NCBI GenBank assembly: GCA_051747805.1
Contig: JBNJGP010000016.1
Span: 1-36,996 of the forward strand
Direction of reading: 5' to 3'
Source: Candidatus Muiribacteriota bacterium
GTDB taxonomy: Bacteria; Muiribacteriota; Muiribacteriia; Muiribacteriales; Muiribacteriaceae
Length of the DNA: 36,996 nt
Part shown: one piece after another, positions 36,847-36,996 of the stretch
How positions within the stretch are numbered: position 1 is the stretch's first letter
Layout of the letters: the number at the start of each line of letters is the position of its first letter
The notes under the pieces: model-generated
Databases searched by the model: none
What the model was told of the DNA's origin: nothing
The model's input: only the letters and a program-made list of their open reading frames with translations
Translations under genes and position numbers: made by a program

Positions 36847-36903
36847 GTGAGAAGTGAGAAGTGAGAAGTGAGAGGTGAGACGATAGGAGCCGATAGGAGC
36901 CGA
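36847..36903. repeat. Short tandem repeats: heptamer GTGAGA(A/G/C) x5, then decamer CGATAGGAGC x2
   Basis: GTGAGAA x3, GTGAGAG, GTGAGAC (36847-36881); CGATAGGAGC x2 plus CGA (36881-36903). Confidence 0.9.
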
Positions 36904-36996
36904 GAAAAACAGATTAGAGCAAGAGGTTAAAATTTATTACGAAACAAAATCACAAAAAAATCTAAGAGCGTATGTTAAAAAATAATGACAGTACTT

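Overview
A very AT-rich, gene-dense bacterial chromosome segment. About 30 CDSs lie on the minus strand, many with overlapping start/stop codons, and only one (a HAMP-domain membrane protein) lies on the plus strand. Housekeeping genes include murJ, lepA, an ACT/DUF711 pair, hemW, miaA-hfq, recG-rsmD, coaX, dus, nusB, mutS2, a Nudix hydrolase and mnmA. There is a type IV pilus/T2SS-like assembly operon (pilB-pilM-pilN-pilO-pilP/GspC-like-pilC-TPR-containing secretin), a second stand-alone PilB/GspE ATPase, an ApbE-NusG-II-Gx-RseC flavinylation/electron-transfer module and several TPR proteins. The secretin implies a diderm cell; the divergent proteins suggest a poorly studied lineage, which I cannot assign from the sequence. 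The most unusual elements are: (1) an array at 1-190 of at least seven sequence-unrelated mini-hairpins joined by a conserved T(A/T/G)AC linker, truncated by the window edge; (2) a 127-bp MITE with 14-bp TIRs and a perfect 9-bp target duplication inside the apbE module; (3) a secreted, acidic NlpC/P60-like protein lacking the catalytic Cys and His and carrying a double-glycine-like leader motif. I found no rRNA, tRNA, CRISPR array or transposase gene.
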